NCBI GenBank assembly: GCA_951804945.1
Contig: OX638151.1
Coordinates: forward strand, 66,464,001-66,528,000
DNA length: 64,000 nt
From: Podarcis cretensis
Taxonomy: Eukaryota
Reading direction: 5' to 3'
Positions 13,625 through 26,250 of the stretch are shown piece after piece. The notes beneath the pieces were generated by a model. That model made no database searches. It was given only the letters and a program-made list of their open reading frames with translations, and was not told where the DNA came from. The position numbers were made by a program, and so were the translations under genes. Positions within the stretch are counted from its first letter, which is position 1. Each line of letters begins with the position of its first letter.

Positions 13625-15841
13625 TGCTTTGAGCATTTGTCCTGGTTTGTTTGCAGCAAGATTAGATGATGTTGGCTGTTAATGAGCATCCACTCTAATT
13701 TGTTTGTGGAGATGCTAGGTGCCCTTGTATCAAAGCAAATGTTACCACATGCTTTTCAGTGCATTTCCCCCTCACTTTTCATTCTAGCGAAAGGTTAAAT
13801 CTTTTGGGGATGCAGGTTTGTTGTGCATTTGGCTTTACTTGCCTGAATTTGCTGGTATGCGACTGAATCCCACTCAGAAACAGCGACAGTGTGGAAATAC
13901 CCTCTGAGTCTACTTCAGGTCATGTTCATCACCAGTAATTCCACTATATTGTTGGAGGATACCTTTATTAATAATTCCACTACAGTGTAAAGAGACTACC
14001 TTTATATTTTTTATTAGTCCTTAGTTCTGTTTTATAACACATTAAAGGCTTTTAATATTCTGCCAACAGGCCTGAGACACTTGAACGCTCTTAAATGCCA
14101 CGCACCCTCATTGAGAGGAAGCACTAATTCCCACAGTGAATGTTTCTCGGTGTCATTATCCTTACAGCTGAAAATAAGATGCTTAAGCGAAATTATATGA
14201 ATCGTACAATTAAGCTGTTCAGAGTTAAATCTGAATTCTTGTTAAAATCTATAGCAAATCTGCTGCTTTCAATGGGACTAGGCATTACGGAGCTCGCTTA
14301 TCAAAGCCGGTTTAATATTTCCTTGTCAGGTGAATAGGTATTTGTTTTAAAAGCAATCATTCCAGCATGGCGAATCAATGAGCCTCTGCAAGCAATAAGC
14401 CAGGCAGCGAACAGAGCTGTCATAAAGCATGTGCTGGTACAAGTGTTTCAGATGTTTTATGGCCTCCTACATAAGCAGGAAGTGACAGTGAGGCAGAGCG
14501 CTTTAAGACTGGCCATGGCTCAGTTAGCCTAAGTACTAACAAGGATATTTAAATGTATAATTCTGCTCTAGTTCCATTCCATTAGAGTAGAAAATGAGAT
14601 TTGGTTGCTCTGCTTGACAAAGCTACTTGATCCCACTGTGCTGCCCTCAGATGAGCTCCGGCTAGGCCTCAGGCCAGCAACTGATTTTGAGTGGGCTCCA
14701 CAGATGAGTACCTGGAAAGGCATGTAGCTTCTGCCTGATGGTCCTTGGATAATGGTTCTGTGCACAAATGTATTTCATTTCTCTGCAGCTAGGTAAGTTA
14801 CTGAATTGGAACTCAGTTGAATCAGAATGAAGCATATTAGTATAAATGACATTGCTCAGATGTAAATGGCAGAGAAGATATTGCTTGGTTCAGGCAGTGG
14901 CAAGATCAGCACAGAAAGGAGATTTTGCATATTGATCAGAATCCGGAACTGGTCTGTGAACAAATTGCAGACAGCTGGGGATATGTCTTATGGAGATTGT
15001 ACTTGAAAGACCCAATTTTATACATAAAAATGGAGACTATAGGCTGTTTTGCCGCTGCTACTATGGGTCTAGCAACTGACTTGTTCTTGCTGCACAATAG
15101 GACTGCCAGGAGGTTATCTGTTATTCAGGTTATCTCTTAGCTATACTAGATAAACCTAGAGCTCTTGAGAGAAAGTACCAATGATGTTCAATTCACCTTC
15201 TCCGTATTGGAATCTTGGCTCATAGGAAAAACAATTTTTAAGCAAAGTGTTGACGTTGCTATCAAGGAAATTGATCTGTTATTCAGATGGGTGTATAACT
15301 TGGTGGTAGAGTAGAAACAGCACATGTGGAAGACTTAATGTTCAGCCCCTGGCACCTTCACTGAGAAAAGTAGTGAGCAGGTTTGATGCCAATAAGAGGA
15401 GTGGACTTCTAGATGGAGCAAAAAGCTGAGTACAGAGTGCAGTGCTTAGCACTTTGTGTGTGTGTGTGTGTGGCATTATGGAGATGCTTGTGGTGGAGGA
15501 GATCCCTTTTTTGCCTGAAGGTCACACTCCCTTGTGGGCATCCTTCTGAGAGCTGCTTGCCAGTGGCAGGCAGGACCAAAGGTAACAGCAGTGAATGTGA
15601 CTCTTAGAGTAGATGCATTCCAGCCATGCAAAAGTCTGAGGGCTCTACACTCCCTCCCTCACAGTTCAGGGGTACATGCCAGTCAGGCAAATGTACTTGA
15701 GAAGGCATGGGGTCCTGCTGGGGAGGGATGTGGCATGGGGAAGGGGGTGCCCCAGGGAGAGACTCAGGGGCCTCAGGGTTAGAAAGGCCTGAGGCATGCA
15801 ATTGGACCTGGACCCCGAAGTTGCTTCCAGAGCCATCCTGT

Positions 15842-15970
15842 GATGCAGTGGGTCAGTGCGTTAGCCGGAAGGTTAGTGGTTCAAGCCCACCCAGGGACGG
15901 CTGTGGGCAGAATCGCCGCATGGCACGGGGTTAGACTAGATGAACCCTAGGGTCTCTTCCAATTCTGAAT
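15842..15970 (+). mobile_element. Short tRNA-derived SINE with CR1-like 3' tail
   Basis: B-box-like ggttcaagccc followed by ggggttagactagatgaaccctagggtctcttccaattct, which resembles the CR1 3' end. Confidence 0.5.
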
Positions 15971-16814
15971 TGTGCTTATTAGAACAGGCTGGTGCTAAAT
16001 GTTAACAGCTGTACAAAGCAACTGAAACAGCAGCAATTGCTGCTTCCGAAGCTAAGCCGATAGTTTCTGCAGCTCAATTTCCAGTAGTGTTTAAGTAAAT
16101 AGTCCTTAAAGTTGCAATTCCCTTTGCTCATTATCTCAACTAGCTCAGAAGTGCTACAATACACAAAGTTTCAGAGGTAATGGGAAGTTCTGTGGGTTTT
16201 CTGTTGTTGTTCCAAGGAAAGAATACTAAGCTAAGTAAGTGTAACAGGGAGAGCTTCCATGAAATGACAAGCTGCCTTGCAGGTCATTGTGGGGGAAAGT
16301 TAACACGGCCAATGTGCAAGATGGTCTGGAGTACTTCCTGTTTGTTCATATGTCATTAAAACAAGGAGTGACAGATTTTATACATTTGAGAAATCTGAGG
16401 AAAGCTGAACTGGATGTGATGGCAGCCTTGGGTTAAAATTAGGTCTGTTGCTGAGTAGCAGCAAGGAAAGTTGCTGCAATTTAAAACATGGCATTGGGGG
16501 GGGGCGCACCTTTCAATAGCCTTCCCTCTTTCGCTCTTTCCTTCCCTCTTTCGCTCCACTAACCGTGCCCAAGCTGGACTGCTCCCCCCCTTCTAATTGT
16601 GTGTGCCCCACCTCTGAAACCCTCCAGCTGCCAGCAATTGCCAGAACTCTCCCACAAAACTCTGTCTATCGCTCTTTTACCTTACATGGTGATGTTGCTT
16701 TGAACTAGGTTAGGGGATTCCCCTCCGCCTATGGCATCATGTCTTTAATGTAAATGGAAGTACGTACTTAACTGGCCAGCTAAGGCCATAATCTTAACCG
16801 ATTTAGATGGGTGT

Positions 16815-16853
<39 letters not shown>
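16815..16853. repeat. (ATC)13 microsatellite
   Basis: Read directly. Confidence 0.95.
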
Positions 16854-16855
<2 letters not shown>

Positions 16856-17364
16856 TATTGGAACTGATTGGTTTGGTTTCCTCTTAGAGAGTCTACCTTC
16901 ATCTATAGTGAGTCACAGTTTCGGAAAACACCCTGACTAACCCCCTCCCTCCAAGAAACCCTCTATACCAGGGTGGTCCAACTTTTCATACCAAGTGTGC
17001 CGCAAGACAACATTGACAAGGAAGCCATGGTCCTCACACTGCCTTGTTGTCTGCACGCTGGGGGTGTGGGTGGAGCAAGGCCAAAATTTGATGTTAAGTG
17101 AGGTGCTGGGCTTTGGGAAGGCTGCAAGGCTCTGGCAGGGTCCTAGAGCCCTCCTACTTCCTTTCCAAAGCTGAGAAAGCGCCAACTAGGCCTTGGGAAG
17201 GAGGAATGATGACCTTAGGACCCTGTCAGAGCCCTCCTGCCTCCTTCCCAAAGCCCAGCAGCTTGCTTACACAGCTGTGAGAAGGCAGTACAAGGGCTGC
17301 AAGGGAGGGGTGTCAAATGTTGCTGAGGGCCACCAAAAAAGATCTCGGGGGCTGTGCCCCATAA

Positions 17365-17441
17365 CTATCTTATCTATCTGTCATCTATCTATCTATCTAT
17401 CATCTATCTATCTATATCTATCATTTATCACCTATCTATCA
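17365..17441. repeat. Imperfect (TATC)n microsatellite
   Basis: Read directly. Confidence 0.85.
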
Positions 17442-20400
17442 TAGCAGTTTCATGAAATGTAAAATCCAGTGTAAATTTTTGACCACCTGGTTAATTAGTC
17501 TGATGTGAGAATGGCCTAACAGCAAGTTATAGAAACACCATTTATGACTCTATGCAGGTTTGAGTTTGATTGGGAGCCATCCTAGGTTGCAGCATGAAAA
17601 CAGCACCTCTCTGCTCTGTTGGTCGATATCAGCAAACTCAATTAACAATTGCTGGAATGCAAAAGCCATTGTTGGGGTGTGTGGTGACACAAAGATCAAA
17701 TTGAGACTGAGAATTTCATCTAAATTTAACTCAAAAACAAGATTTGAAAAGCCCAGGGCATGCTCGCCTCGGCTGCACTTATTAGCAATGACAGCCAGAA
17801 GCAAAGAAACTCGCTATATTAAATTAAGAAGAAAAGGAAGACAGCATGTTATTCAGTATAATTAATTTGCAACACTGAGAAAGTGAGACCGCTTGAGACC
17901 CAGTATTTGCTTTCATTATTAGAGAGATGCTCTTAATTAAGACAAGACAAACTGAAATGATCAATTTAATTTGTGTTCAAACTAACTTTGATGAGAAAGA
18001 AAGAGATGGTGGGGGGGGGATTCTAATACTAAAAAAAATGCTGTGAAGTTCACACAAGAAAAAGAATTCTATAGAAATAATGTAAAAAAAATGGCACTGC
18101 ACAATTTCTTTGTACTTCTGAATCCAGTCTCAGAAGGATGACCCAATCTAACTGTGTGTGCTTGGATTCCATTTGGGAGCAGATGAATCTGCTCTAGAGT
18201 GAGTCAGACTATTGATCCATCTAGCTCAATATTGGCTGTGGTATTGACTATGACTTTCTGGGGCTTCTGACAAGAAGATGCTGGCTGTTAAACTTGGCCT
18301 GGTGCCTTCTGTATGTATGTCCATAGATCCTTCTATCACTGAGCTACTGTGGTCCTCTGAACAGAGCGCATGCTTGCCCAGATTTGTTCACAGGCATTTC
18401 CAGATTGGGCTGGGGAAAGGGCTTCAGTGTTTTTAAAAAGGTTAAGATTCCGTGAACCAGTTGCTTGGTGGAGGAGGAAAAAGCTGAATCCAGCCCCTGG
18501 TGCATTTTAAACTTCTGCATGTTCTGCTCTTGGATCAGATGTGGAAACCATGCGGGGAGAAATTGTTGGCATACATAGTTCCTTATTGAGCTGGGCTACA
18601 CACGTGTGAATGATTGGACTTTTCTGTCCTAGACTGAGTCTATGGTCCTTATTTGTACAGACTCTTGCATATTTTACTGGCAGGGGAATGTATATCATAC
18701 TTGTATGAGGATGCACAATTTTATTTCTGTTTGTTTGTGGGATTATAGGGACAACTTGGAAACTTAGCTGAGCCCCAGGCTATTTGCTGTCAGGGTAGTG
18801 AAACCTTCATTGCAGATAAGCAGTTTGGCACATTTCTTGTTTGGAGAGGCTTCATGTGGCCCACTGGGCAGAGCCAGTGATTGGCAAGGAAAATCTGTAT
18901 CTGCAGGTAGCCAACCTGGAAGGTTTTAAGTTTAAGGTGAAACTCCGCATAAGGAAAAGCATTATAAGCCTGGAAGGCAGGCAATGTGTTGCTACCCAAG
19001 AGTAGGATACTTCTGGAAGCCTGGTGGGTTGAGGGGCTGGTTAGTACAAAGAAAATGGGTGGCATTTTAATCTACTTTATTTTGCTGTTCTGCTCCAAAG
19101 GGAATATACTAGTTTTCTGTAACTTTTGCATTGCATCTTTTCCCACTGTCCATTTAAAATATGCACATATGGAATACAATGTTTGATGTGTTTAATGACT
19201 TATGCAAAGGTCACTCATTATTGGTTCACCTGCTGATTTTTCTAATGCTATAAAGTAATCTGGCAAAGGAAAATGAGTATGCCATGTGTGGAATGTGGAA
19301 TGTGTTAATGTCTTACAGCACCATGAGTACCAAAGAGCAGCTATATATTTTTAAAAAAGCACAGAACATTATAAAGCTGTTCAAATGATATATTAGGATT
19401 TCAATCCAACATGTTCTTTGTAGCAACATTGCACAAATTCCTTAGGCAGTGAACCGTGTCATCCCCATAACTCCCTCCCTACCGGACACACAAAAGAAAA
19501 CCTTGAGTCCTGCATATCATGGAAAGAGTGCGTTACACAGAGTATAGAAAACACTAGCAGAGTGCATGGAAAACATTCAGAAGCAGGGAAACAATACTGT
19601 TTTCTTAAAATGTCCTGATAGCTTTACTGTTGAGTTTTTTCATTAATCTGACACAGTGATGGTGGACTTAGTTTTGACAACCCTAGATCCAGACAAACAA
19701 GTCTAACACATTGGGCTTCTCCATATGTAATTGTAGAAGATGCCCAAACCCTCTTCACAATACACTTTCTCCACTTCCTGTGAACTTTATTAAACTTCTT
19801 AGTTGCTTTATCTTGCCCAGGGCAACACAAAGTGACTTACAACCAAATACAGAAAGGGAGCACACTTTCCCCTGCAGAGACATGCGTGAGCGCCAGATGC
19901 TGGCGTGGTGTGTGCATCTCACTATAGGGGCATACTGACCATGAGACTACAGGTTTCAGACCAGAAGCACCTATACTGTTTGTTATTACACAGTACAAAA
20001 AGTAATGACAGCACAAGGAATATTAAGGTGGTTTCTCTATTCCAATTAAACCTTTATCAGGCCTGTGAATCTCACTGCCCTTCAATGAAGTCTTTGTTTC
20101 TCCCACCAGAACCTGATGTGGATGACAAATGCCTTGAAGGAAGCCAGTGATCCCGTTATTTGCTCATCTGTTTTACCACTTTACCATAACAGCCCAAACC
20201 ATCCTAAGCTAAAACATGAAATTGCTCTGCTGGGCCTGTTCCAGCCACAGAGTGGAAAGGAAAAGTGGAAGTGAGGCCAAAGGTCCCAGAGATAGTCATC
20301 CCCAGAGAAAAGACCCCCAGGGGAAATTACATTACCCATTACCACTGGCAACCAACCCTAGAAGGGGGGGGGGTACATAAAACTGGCTATCTTTATCTCA

Positions 20401-20552
20401 ACATGCCCATACAAATTGAACCATATCTCTATTTTGTACTTGAAGACTCTGGGTCTGTGTTAATACAATTCCATTCCTCAAAATGATACTAAAAAGATTT
20501 CACTTCAAACTCAGGGAAAAGACTGACACATCACACATGAATAGCTTGCAAC

Positions 20553-20558
20553 TTTATT
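20553..20558 (-). promoter_or_regulatory. Probable LAMA2 polyadenylation signal
   Basis: AATAAA on the - strand (tttatt on +) about 220 nt after the stop, followed by a GU-rich element (tcatgtgtgatgtgtcagtc on -). A second AATAAA lies at 20673-20678. Confidence 0.7.
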
Positions 20559-20775
20559 CATTCCAAGGGGAAAATGTTCTTCATCTAACGTTTTGTTTTA
20601 GAAGCACACCCTGAAATAGCACCATTTTGACTATGTAACAGGCTGAAGTCAAAATATTTGCAAAAGGACCTTTTTATTATGAAGGTAATGTGTAGATATA
20701 GGATTCTTTAAAAATCTGAGGCACTTTTTTTGGTTTTAAGTGGTCAGGCTCATATCAGAGTCGGATGATGTCCTG

Positions 20776-20933
20776 TTAATTTGTAGGGCAAGATAGAGGC
20801 TGAACTCCCTTTATCTCCAAGGCTTTGCTGAAGTTAATCTCAAGAGGCTTAGCAGTTCCTTTGGTGAGCTTCATGGATCTAATGCATCCTTTGAAACGGA
20901 TGTTAGTGGTCAGGCCAAACTGGTTCAGTCCAT
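20776..20933 (-). CDS. LAMA2: LAMA2 terminal coding exon (~exon 65; end of LG5)
   Basis: Acceptor ctcacag; (D)GLNQFGLTTNIRFKGCIRSMKLTKGTAKPLEINFSKALEIKGVQPLSCPTN*, TAA at 20778-20776. Confidence 0.96.
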
Positions 20934-21479
20934 CTGTGAGGAAAGAAAGAAAAAAACGAAGGTAATTATTCAGACCTCTCTCTCTCTCCTAAAAATAAAC
21001 ATTTCCTTCATATTTCATTTTCTGTGCAGCATTTATGAGTAGAAAGCAATGTTAGCTGCAGGTGGAATCCAATTGAGCCCTTATGCTCATGGAAGTATTT
21101 CTGATCCAGCAGGTACTTCTGCTAAGGGACCAGGATGGGAAATGGCTTAGGCTACATGCCAGATATTTAATTTATAATGCATACCTTACAAAAGACAAAC
21201 TTTGTCAAGTCACACTACAGTTGTTCTTGTGGTACTGAAGGTGTCCTAACTTTTTTTTTTTTAAAAAAATAAAAACTAACAGATAAACAGGGAAAGGCAC
21301 ATCTTTTGTCTCCACTTTAAATTCATGGTCTTTTTCAGTTTACATTTAGTGGGACTGGGAGACACTTGTCATAGACATCTTGTGGTTGGGGAAAAGTGAT
21401 GGTGGTGTGGTGTTCTTTCGTTCTATTGCCTAGTGTTAGTGTAGGGATTTGTGTCAGCATCACGTGGGTAGGTCCTTTG

Positions 21480-22007
21480 TTTATGTATTTATACTGATAA
21501 TGCGAGAGATTAGAGGGTTCTGAGATTGATTGATTGATTGATTGAATGGGGGGGTAGGTTGTTGGGTCCGGCTAGCCATATTGATTTGAATATTGTGCTG
21601 TGTATGTGATAAAGGGGAACCATACTAGGGTGAAGGCGTCCTCCTTTGCTTGTCCCTGTGCCTAGTTTAAGTTTGTTGGTAAACTTCTCTAGTAAGGTGG
21701 TTTGCCATACATTTTGGTACCAGTGGTCTATGTTCATTCCTGATAGGTCCCTTCCAAAGTCTAGGTTTGTACTTTGGATTTCTAGCTGCTGTGAGTACGT
21801 GACTTATGAGTTCCTTGTCATGTGTGTATGGTTTTCCTGGAAGATATTAAATAAGACTGCTTCTAGAGTAGTGTCTATTACCCGTTTTGTTATTTTGGAA
21901 ATTTCCTGCAGCACTGATACTCAGAAGGATTGAACTTTAGGGCATTCCCACCACATGTGCAGGTATGTGCTGACTTGCCAGCATTTAGATGAGATTCCTG
22001 GGTACAT
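21480..22007 (-). mobile_element. L1-clade LINE 3' fragment (ORF2 C-terminus, decayed)
   Basis: The - strand gives MYPGISSKCWQ..TYLHMWWECPKVQSF* (L1 ORF2 CCHC-type C-terminal motif), then ELISHVLTAARN and HWYQNVW..LEK, with stops and frameshifts. Confidence 0.75.
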
Positions 22008-22216
22008 TCCGGAGCCCCGTTCGCATCCAGAGCAGAACGCAACCCGTGTGTGCGGGTCGCGATTCGCCACTTCTGCGCGTGATGTCATTTTGAGCGTCTG
22101 CGCATGTGCAAGCGGCGAAACCCGGAAGTAACACATTCCATTACTTCCAGGTCGCCGTGGAACACAACCTGAAAACGCTCAACCTGAAGCTACTTTAACC
22201 CGAGGTATGACTGTAT
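22008..22216. mobile_element. Truncated Tc1/mariner-type MITE (right TIR only)
   Basis: Ends in taacccgaggtatgactgTA, similar to the TIRs at 13375, 45583 and 53898. CpG-rich; the left end is replaced by the L1 fragment. Confidence 0.65.
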
Positions 22217-23599
22217 AGAAACACTAGCTTCTGTGGTGTTAGGTATAGGCCTGGGTGATGTTTTAATACATCTCCCAGGACTGGTATGCGGGCCAGAACG
22301 CAATGGCTGCTTTACCCAGTGGGGTATTGCAGATGAAACTGCCACTGCTCCTGAATCCCTTTGCCACCAGCGCGCAGTGTGCCAAAGAAGAAACAAGCTG
22401 CAGCTGGGCACTGGTGGCAGAGGGACTTAGGAGTGGTTATGGTTTCACTTGCAATATACCCTGGGTGAAACCACCATCCCACTCTGGCCATCATACAATG
22501 GAGGGAGGAACAAGCATCACGTTCAAACTTCTCCATTGAGGGGTGCGCAGCTTCCTGCCCCTCAGTGGAGAAGTCTAGCAGAAACCGTACCGCCACCTTA
22601 TGCAAGTTGGGGGCTCTGTTACACTTCTCCATTGAGGAGCAGGCAGCTGTGTTGAGGGAGGGAGCCCCCCCCCATGTGAGCCAAAGGACAGGGCAGGTGG
22701 ATTGCTGCCCTCCCCTGCCCATGTGAATGAAGCTTAACAGGCTCCATGTGCTTGGCTGCTTTTGCCTGAGATGGTGGGCTGCGTATTTCCTCTGGGGTGG
22801 TCAGATGCAGGGTGTCTGCTCAGGCAGGCTGGACTTTGAGGGAACCACTCTCCCTAACTTGTTCCCTCCAGGGGTGGAGAGACGCTCTTGCACCTGGCGG
22901 GAGGACAAAGCTGCATTGACCCCAGCCCCACGAGGCACTGGGGTGAAACCAGTTCAGCTCCTCCAGCAGGAATGGCAGTGATTTCAGCCCAGCACCTCGT
23001 GGGACCAGGGCCAATGTAGTTTTGTCCTCCCTCCGTTTCAACATCGCAATGCCAGATCATCATGATTGGCTGGTGATACACTGTGATGTCGAAAAGCTGA
23101 CATTGCCCAACCCGTGTGTCTGCCCCCACAACTTTTCAAGTCCCTTTCTCTGGAATATCACCCAAGCCTGAGCCTAGATATATGGCTATTGATGACAAAA
23201 AATATAAAATAATAGAGATAAAGAAGGGTAATTGGAGCTTTATGATTGATTAATTTATTTCATTTATAACCTATGATATAGGTGGGGAACTTGTAGCCCT
23301 CCAGATGTTGGTCCTGATTTCTGACTGTTGCCACTGCTGGCTTGGGCTGCTAGGTATCTTAGTCCAACAACATCAGTAAGATCACAAGTTTCCTATCCCA
23401 ACTGGTCTTGTTACACAAACGGTGTACCTGCTAAATATTTGGTCGTTTAGGATAGTTTTGATTCACTACAAACTAGCTGGACTACGCCTTTCACCATCAG
23501 GTGTTGTTTTTCAGATTGGTTTTCCCCCTCTCATGAAGCATGGAATCCAGACAAAATAGTTCCACTGATTTTGTTATTTATTTTTCTTAATATGCATAG

Positions 23600-24440
23600 A
23601 CTGCTTGATTGTTTAAAACAACACCACCCTCAATGGGTTTCCAAAAACGTAAAACAATAAAATCAACAGATATTTACAAACTTACTTTAAAATATACAAA
23701 AAGTTAAAACACTAAAACAGATTAAAATGACCTCAGATTCCTAAGCATCTGGGTAAGCTTGCCTAAACAGGAATGTTTTTAGCAGGCACCCAAAAAAGAT
23801 CAAGTGCCACGGAAGCCCTCCATAGAGCGCATTGCAGTAGCAGTGGATGAACCGCTGTGGGAAGGCTTTCCTGACCCTCAAATGGCTGTAGCTGTTGAGC
23901 CGGTCACAATGCATAAAAGGTACTTGCAGTAGCTGAGTCTCCAGTGACACAGCTGGACCCAGAAGCACCTCCAAACTACAAACCTGCTCAGTTGGGGGGG
24001 GGGGAATGCTACTCCATCTGGAGTAGGCAACTGAGCTACTCAAGATTCAAGCTCAGCTTCCTTTTCACCATCCATTTCACCTCTGCATCCCAGAATGGCC
24101 CAGGGACTGCACAATCTCTCCACGCTCAGTTGTCTTGGAGAAATAGAGCTGAGTGTCATCAGCATACTGATATCATCTCACCCTGAAACTCCTAATGACT
24201 GCTTCCAGCGGCTTCCTATAGATATTACATAGCGCTGGAAATAGTGTAGGGGGCTGAAAGGCACTCTCCCAAGGCTATGTCCTGGACTCTGCCTTGAAGG
24301 TAGGATTGGAACCACTGTGATAGTTGTCCCATTTCCCATTCCATAGAGGCAGTTCAGGAGGATACCGTGGCGAATGCAGTATCAAAAGCTGATGAGAGAT
24401 CAGAAGCCAGGTCACTCTCTCCCTGTCCTGCTCTTTGCAG
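23600..24440 (-). mobile_element. L2-like LINE 3' fragment, decayed
   Basis: The - strand contains YCNALYGGLP and LLKTFLFRQAY, typical of the L2-clade ORF2 C-terminus. Confidence 0.65.
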
Positions 24441-24520
24441 AGGTCATCCATCAGGGATGAAACACATTGAAAAAACAAACCCTATTTGACGATCACTGGA
24501 TGTTGAGTTTGTGTACTCAC

Positions 24521-24743
24521 CAGGATATCCTCCAACGAAGACAGGATCATTAGTCTCTGCTGAACTGGAAGCTGCATTTGGACTGATCCCTTCTACGTTG
24601 TGGCCATCTACTGTCAGAATTAAATGGTGCTTCATCTTGTGTGCTATAATCCTGTGCCACTTTCCATTACACAAGCTACCTGGAACAGCAGGTTCATAGA
24701 TGGCAGAGAATCGACCTGCGCCATTATCGACATGGAACATCAC
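24521..24743 (-). CDS. LAMA2: LAMA2 exon ~64 (LG5)
   Basis: 223 nt; acceptor ttgccag, donor gtgagt; VMFHVDNGAGRFSAIYEPAVPGSLCNGKWHRIIAHKMKHHLILTVDGHNVEGISPNAASSSAETNDPVFVGGYP. Confidence 0.96.
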
Positions 24744-26119
24744 CTGGCAAGCAAATTACAGAAACAATTAGGAAAATCAATTAGCTCTAGAAACAAAGCA
24801 AAACAAAATGTAATCTGCTAATTGCAAGGCTGGCTGCTATGCTGTCAGAAGGGATCTGCCTTAAAGCTATGAGTTGATATACAAGGTATAAAAGCAGAGA
24901 CTGTTATATGTCATGTTTATGGTGCAGATCCTAACCCATTAAAGGCAGTAGTGGCTTGGTTATCCTCTCCAGCTAAAACAGTGTTTAAATACTTAATCAA
25001 CATAAATGGATGAATTTGTGCTGTACTCAAAGATCCACTTGAAATTAATTTGCAGCTTTAGAACCCATCTTGGCAGGAAAGCTCAAAATTATGGGCATAA
25101 TGTTTGTCAATTTACTGCTGCCAAACTAAAATGGGTAATAGATGCAAAATACTGTTTCAGCAGCAGATTTGATGATCCAAGCGTTTGTGAGAACTTGACC
25201 AACTTGCAAAGGGTTTCTCCGTTAACTGTACTGCAATGTGTGGCACATAGTAGTTTCTATGCAGAATTTCCTTTAGAAGAACCGTGATAAGGTTTGGAAA
25301 GGCAAACAGAAATTTCATCACGAGGGATCTAGTTATCCTATTCCTACAAACCTGGTAAGGTGCTAAAGTGATATTCTAAATGTGAAAGTGGGACAGAGCA
25401 GCCAGGCTCTGCCCTGCAAGTCAGAGAGACACCCATATGTAAATACCCTGTTGGGCTTCTTCAGTTGACCTGCAAAGACCACAAAATGCCAAATGAAACC
25501 CTTTTTATACTTAACAAGAAGTACAGAGTGCCTTGGTGATACCTGGTTTTCAGCTAAACACCGTGATTTTTTTGCATAGCCAGGTCAAAAATGATGAAAC
25601 TTATCATGATACGTACTTCAAACCGGTTTCGGATGGTATACTGATTGTGTCGCCTAGCTCTAGTACTGGTATAAAGACAAAAATCTTGTTGTCGAGCTCC
25701 AGGTGCTTTAGACTACAACTCCTCTCATATCCTTGACCAGGAGCAGCAAAGGAGGAGGTGTGGTGCTGTGCACCTGGCCTTCCAGCAGCACAGGGGCTGC
25801 TGTTTACTGGGCAGAGCAGGATGTGATGGAGGGGAGATTGGCTCGACTGATGAGCCACATAACACCAATCTGGTGCTCCCACCCTCCCGCTGCCTCACCC
25901 CTCCCAGTAAGCAGCAGCACTCCACTGCAGTGAAGCCAGGTACACAGCACCAGCTCACCTCAGTCACTCCTCCCCATGCCTATTTGCCATGCTGGCTAGG
26001 GCTGACAGGAGTTGGAGTCCAGAAAATCTAGAAGTCAGCAGGTTAGGTAAAGCTGGTTTACATGAAGTGGTTGATAAACAGAAGATTGTCTGAAACAATT
26101 CTCATAGCTCCATACTCAC

Positions 26120-26250
26120 ATTTTCATCTACCAACTCAATGCCAAGCCCATCCATTTTTTGGCTGCTGATCCCCAAGAGGACGCCATTTGTCCGAGTTGT
26201 GCGGAACTCAAACTCCACTCGCAAATCCAATCCTACTTTATATGCTCCAA
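26120..26250 (-). CDS. LAMA2: LAMA2 exon ~63 (LG5 start)
   Basis: 131 nt; acceptor ttctcag, donor gtgagt; (V)GAYKVGLDLRVEFEFRTTRTNGVLLGISSQKMDGLGIELVDEN. Confidence 0.96.
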
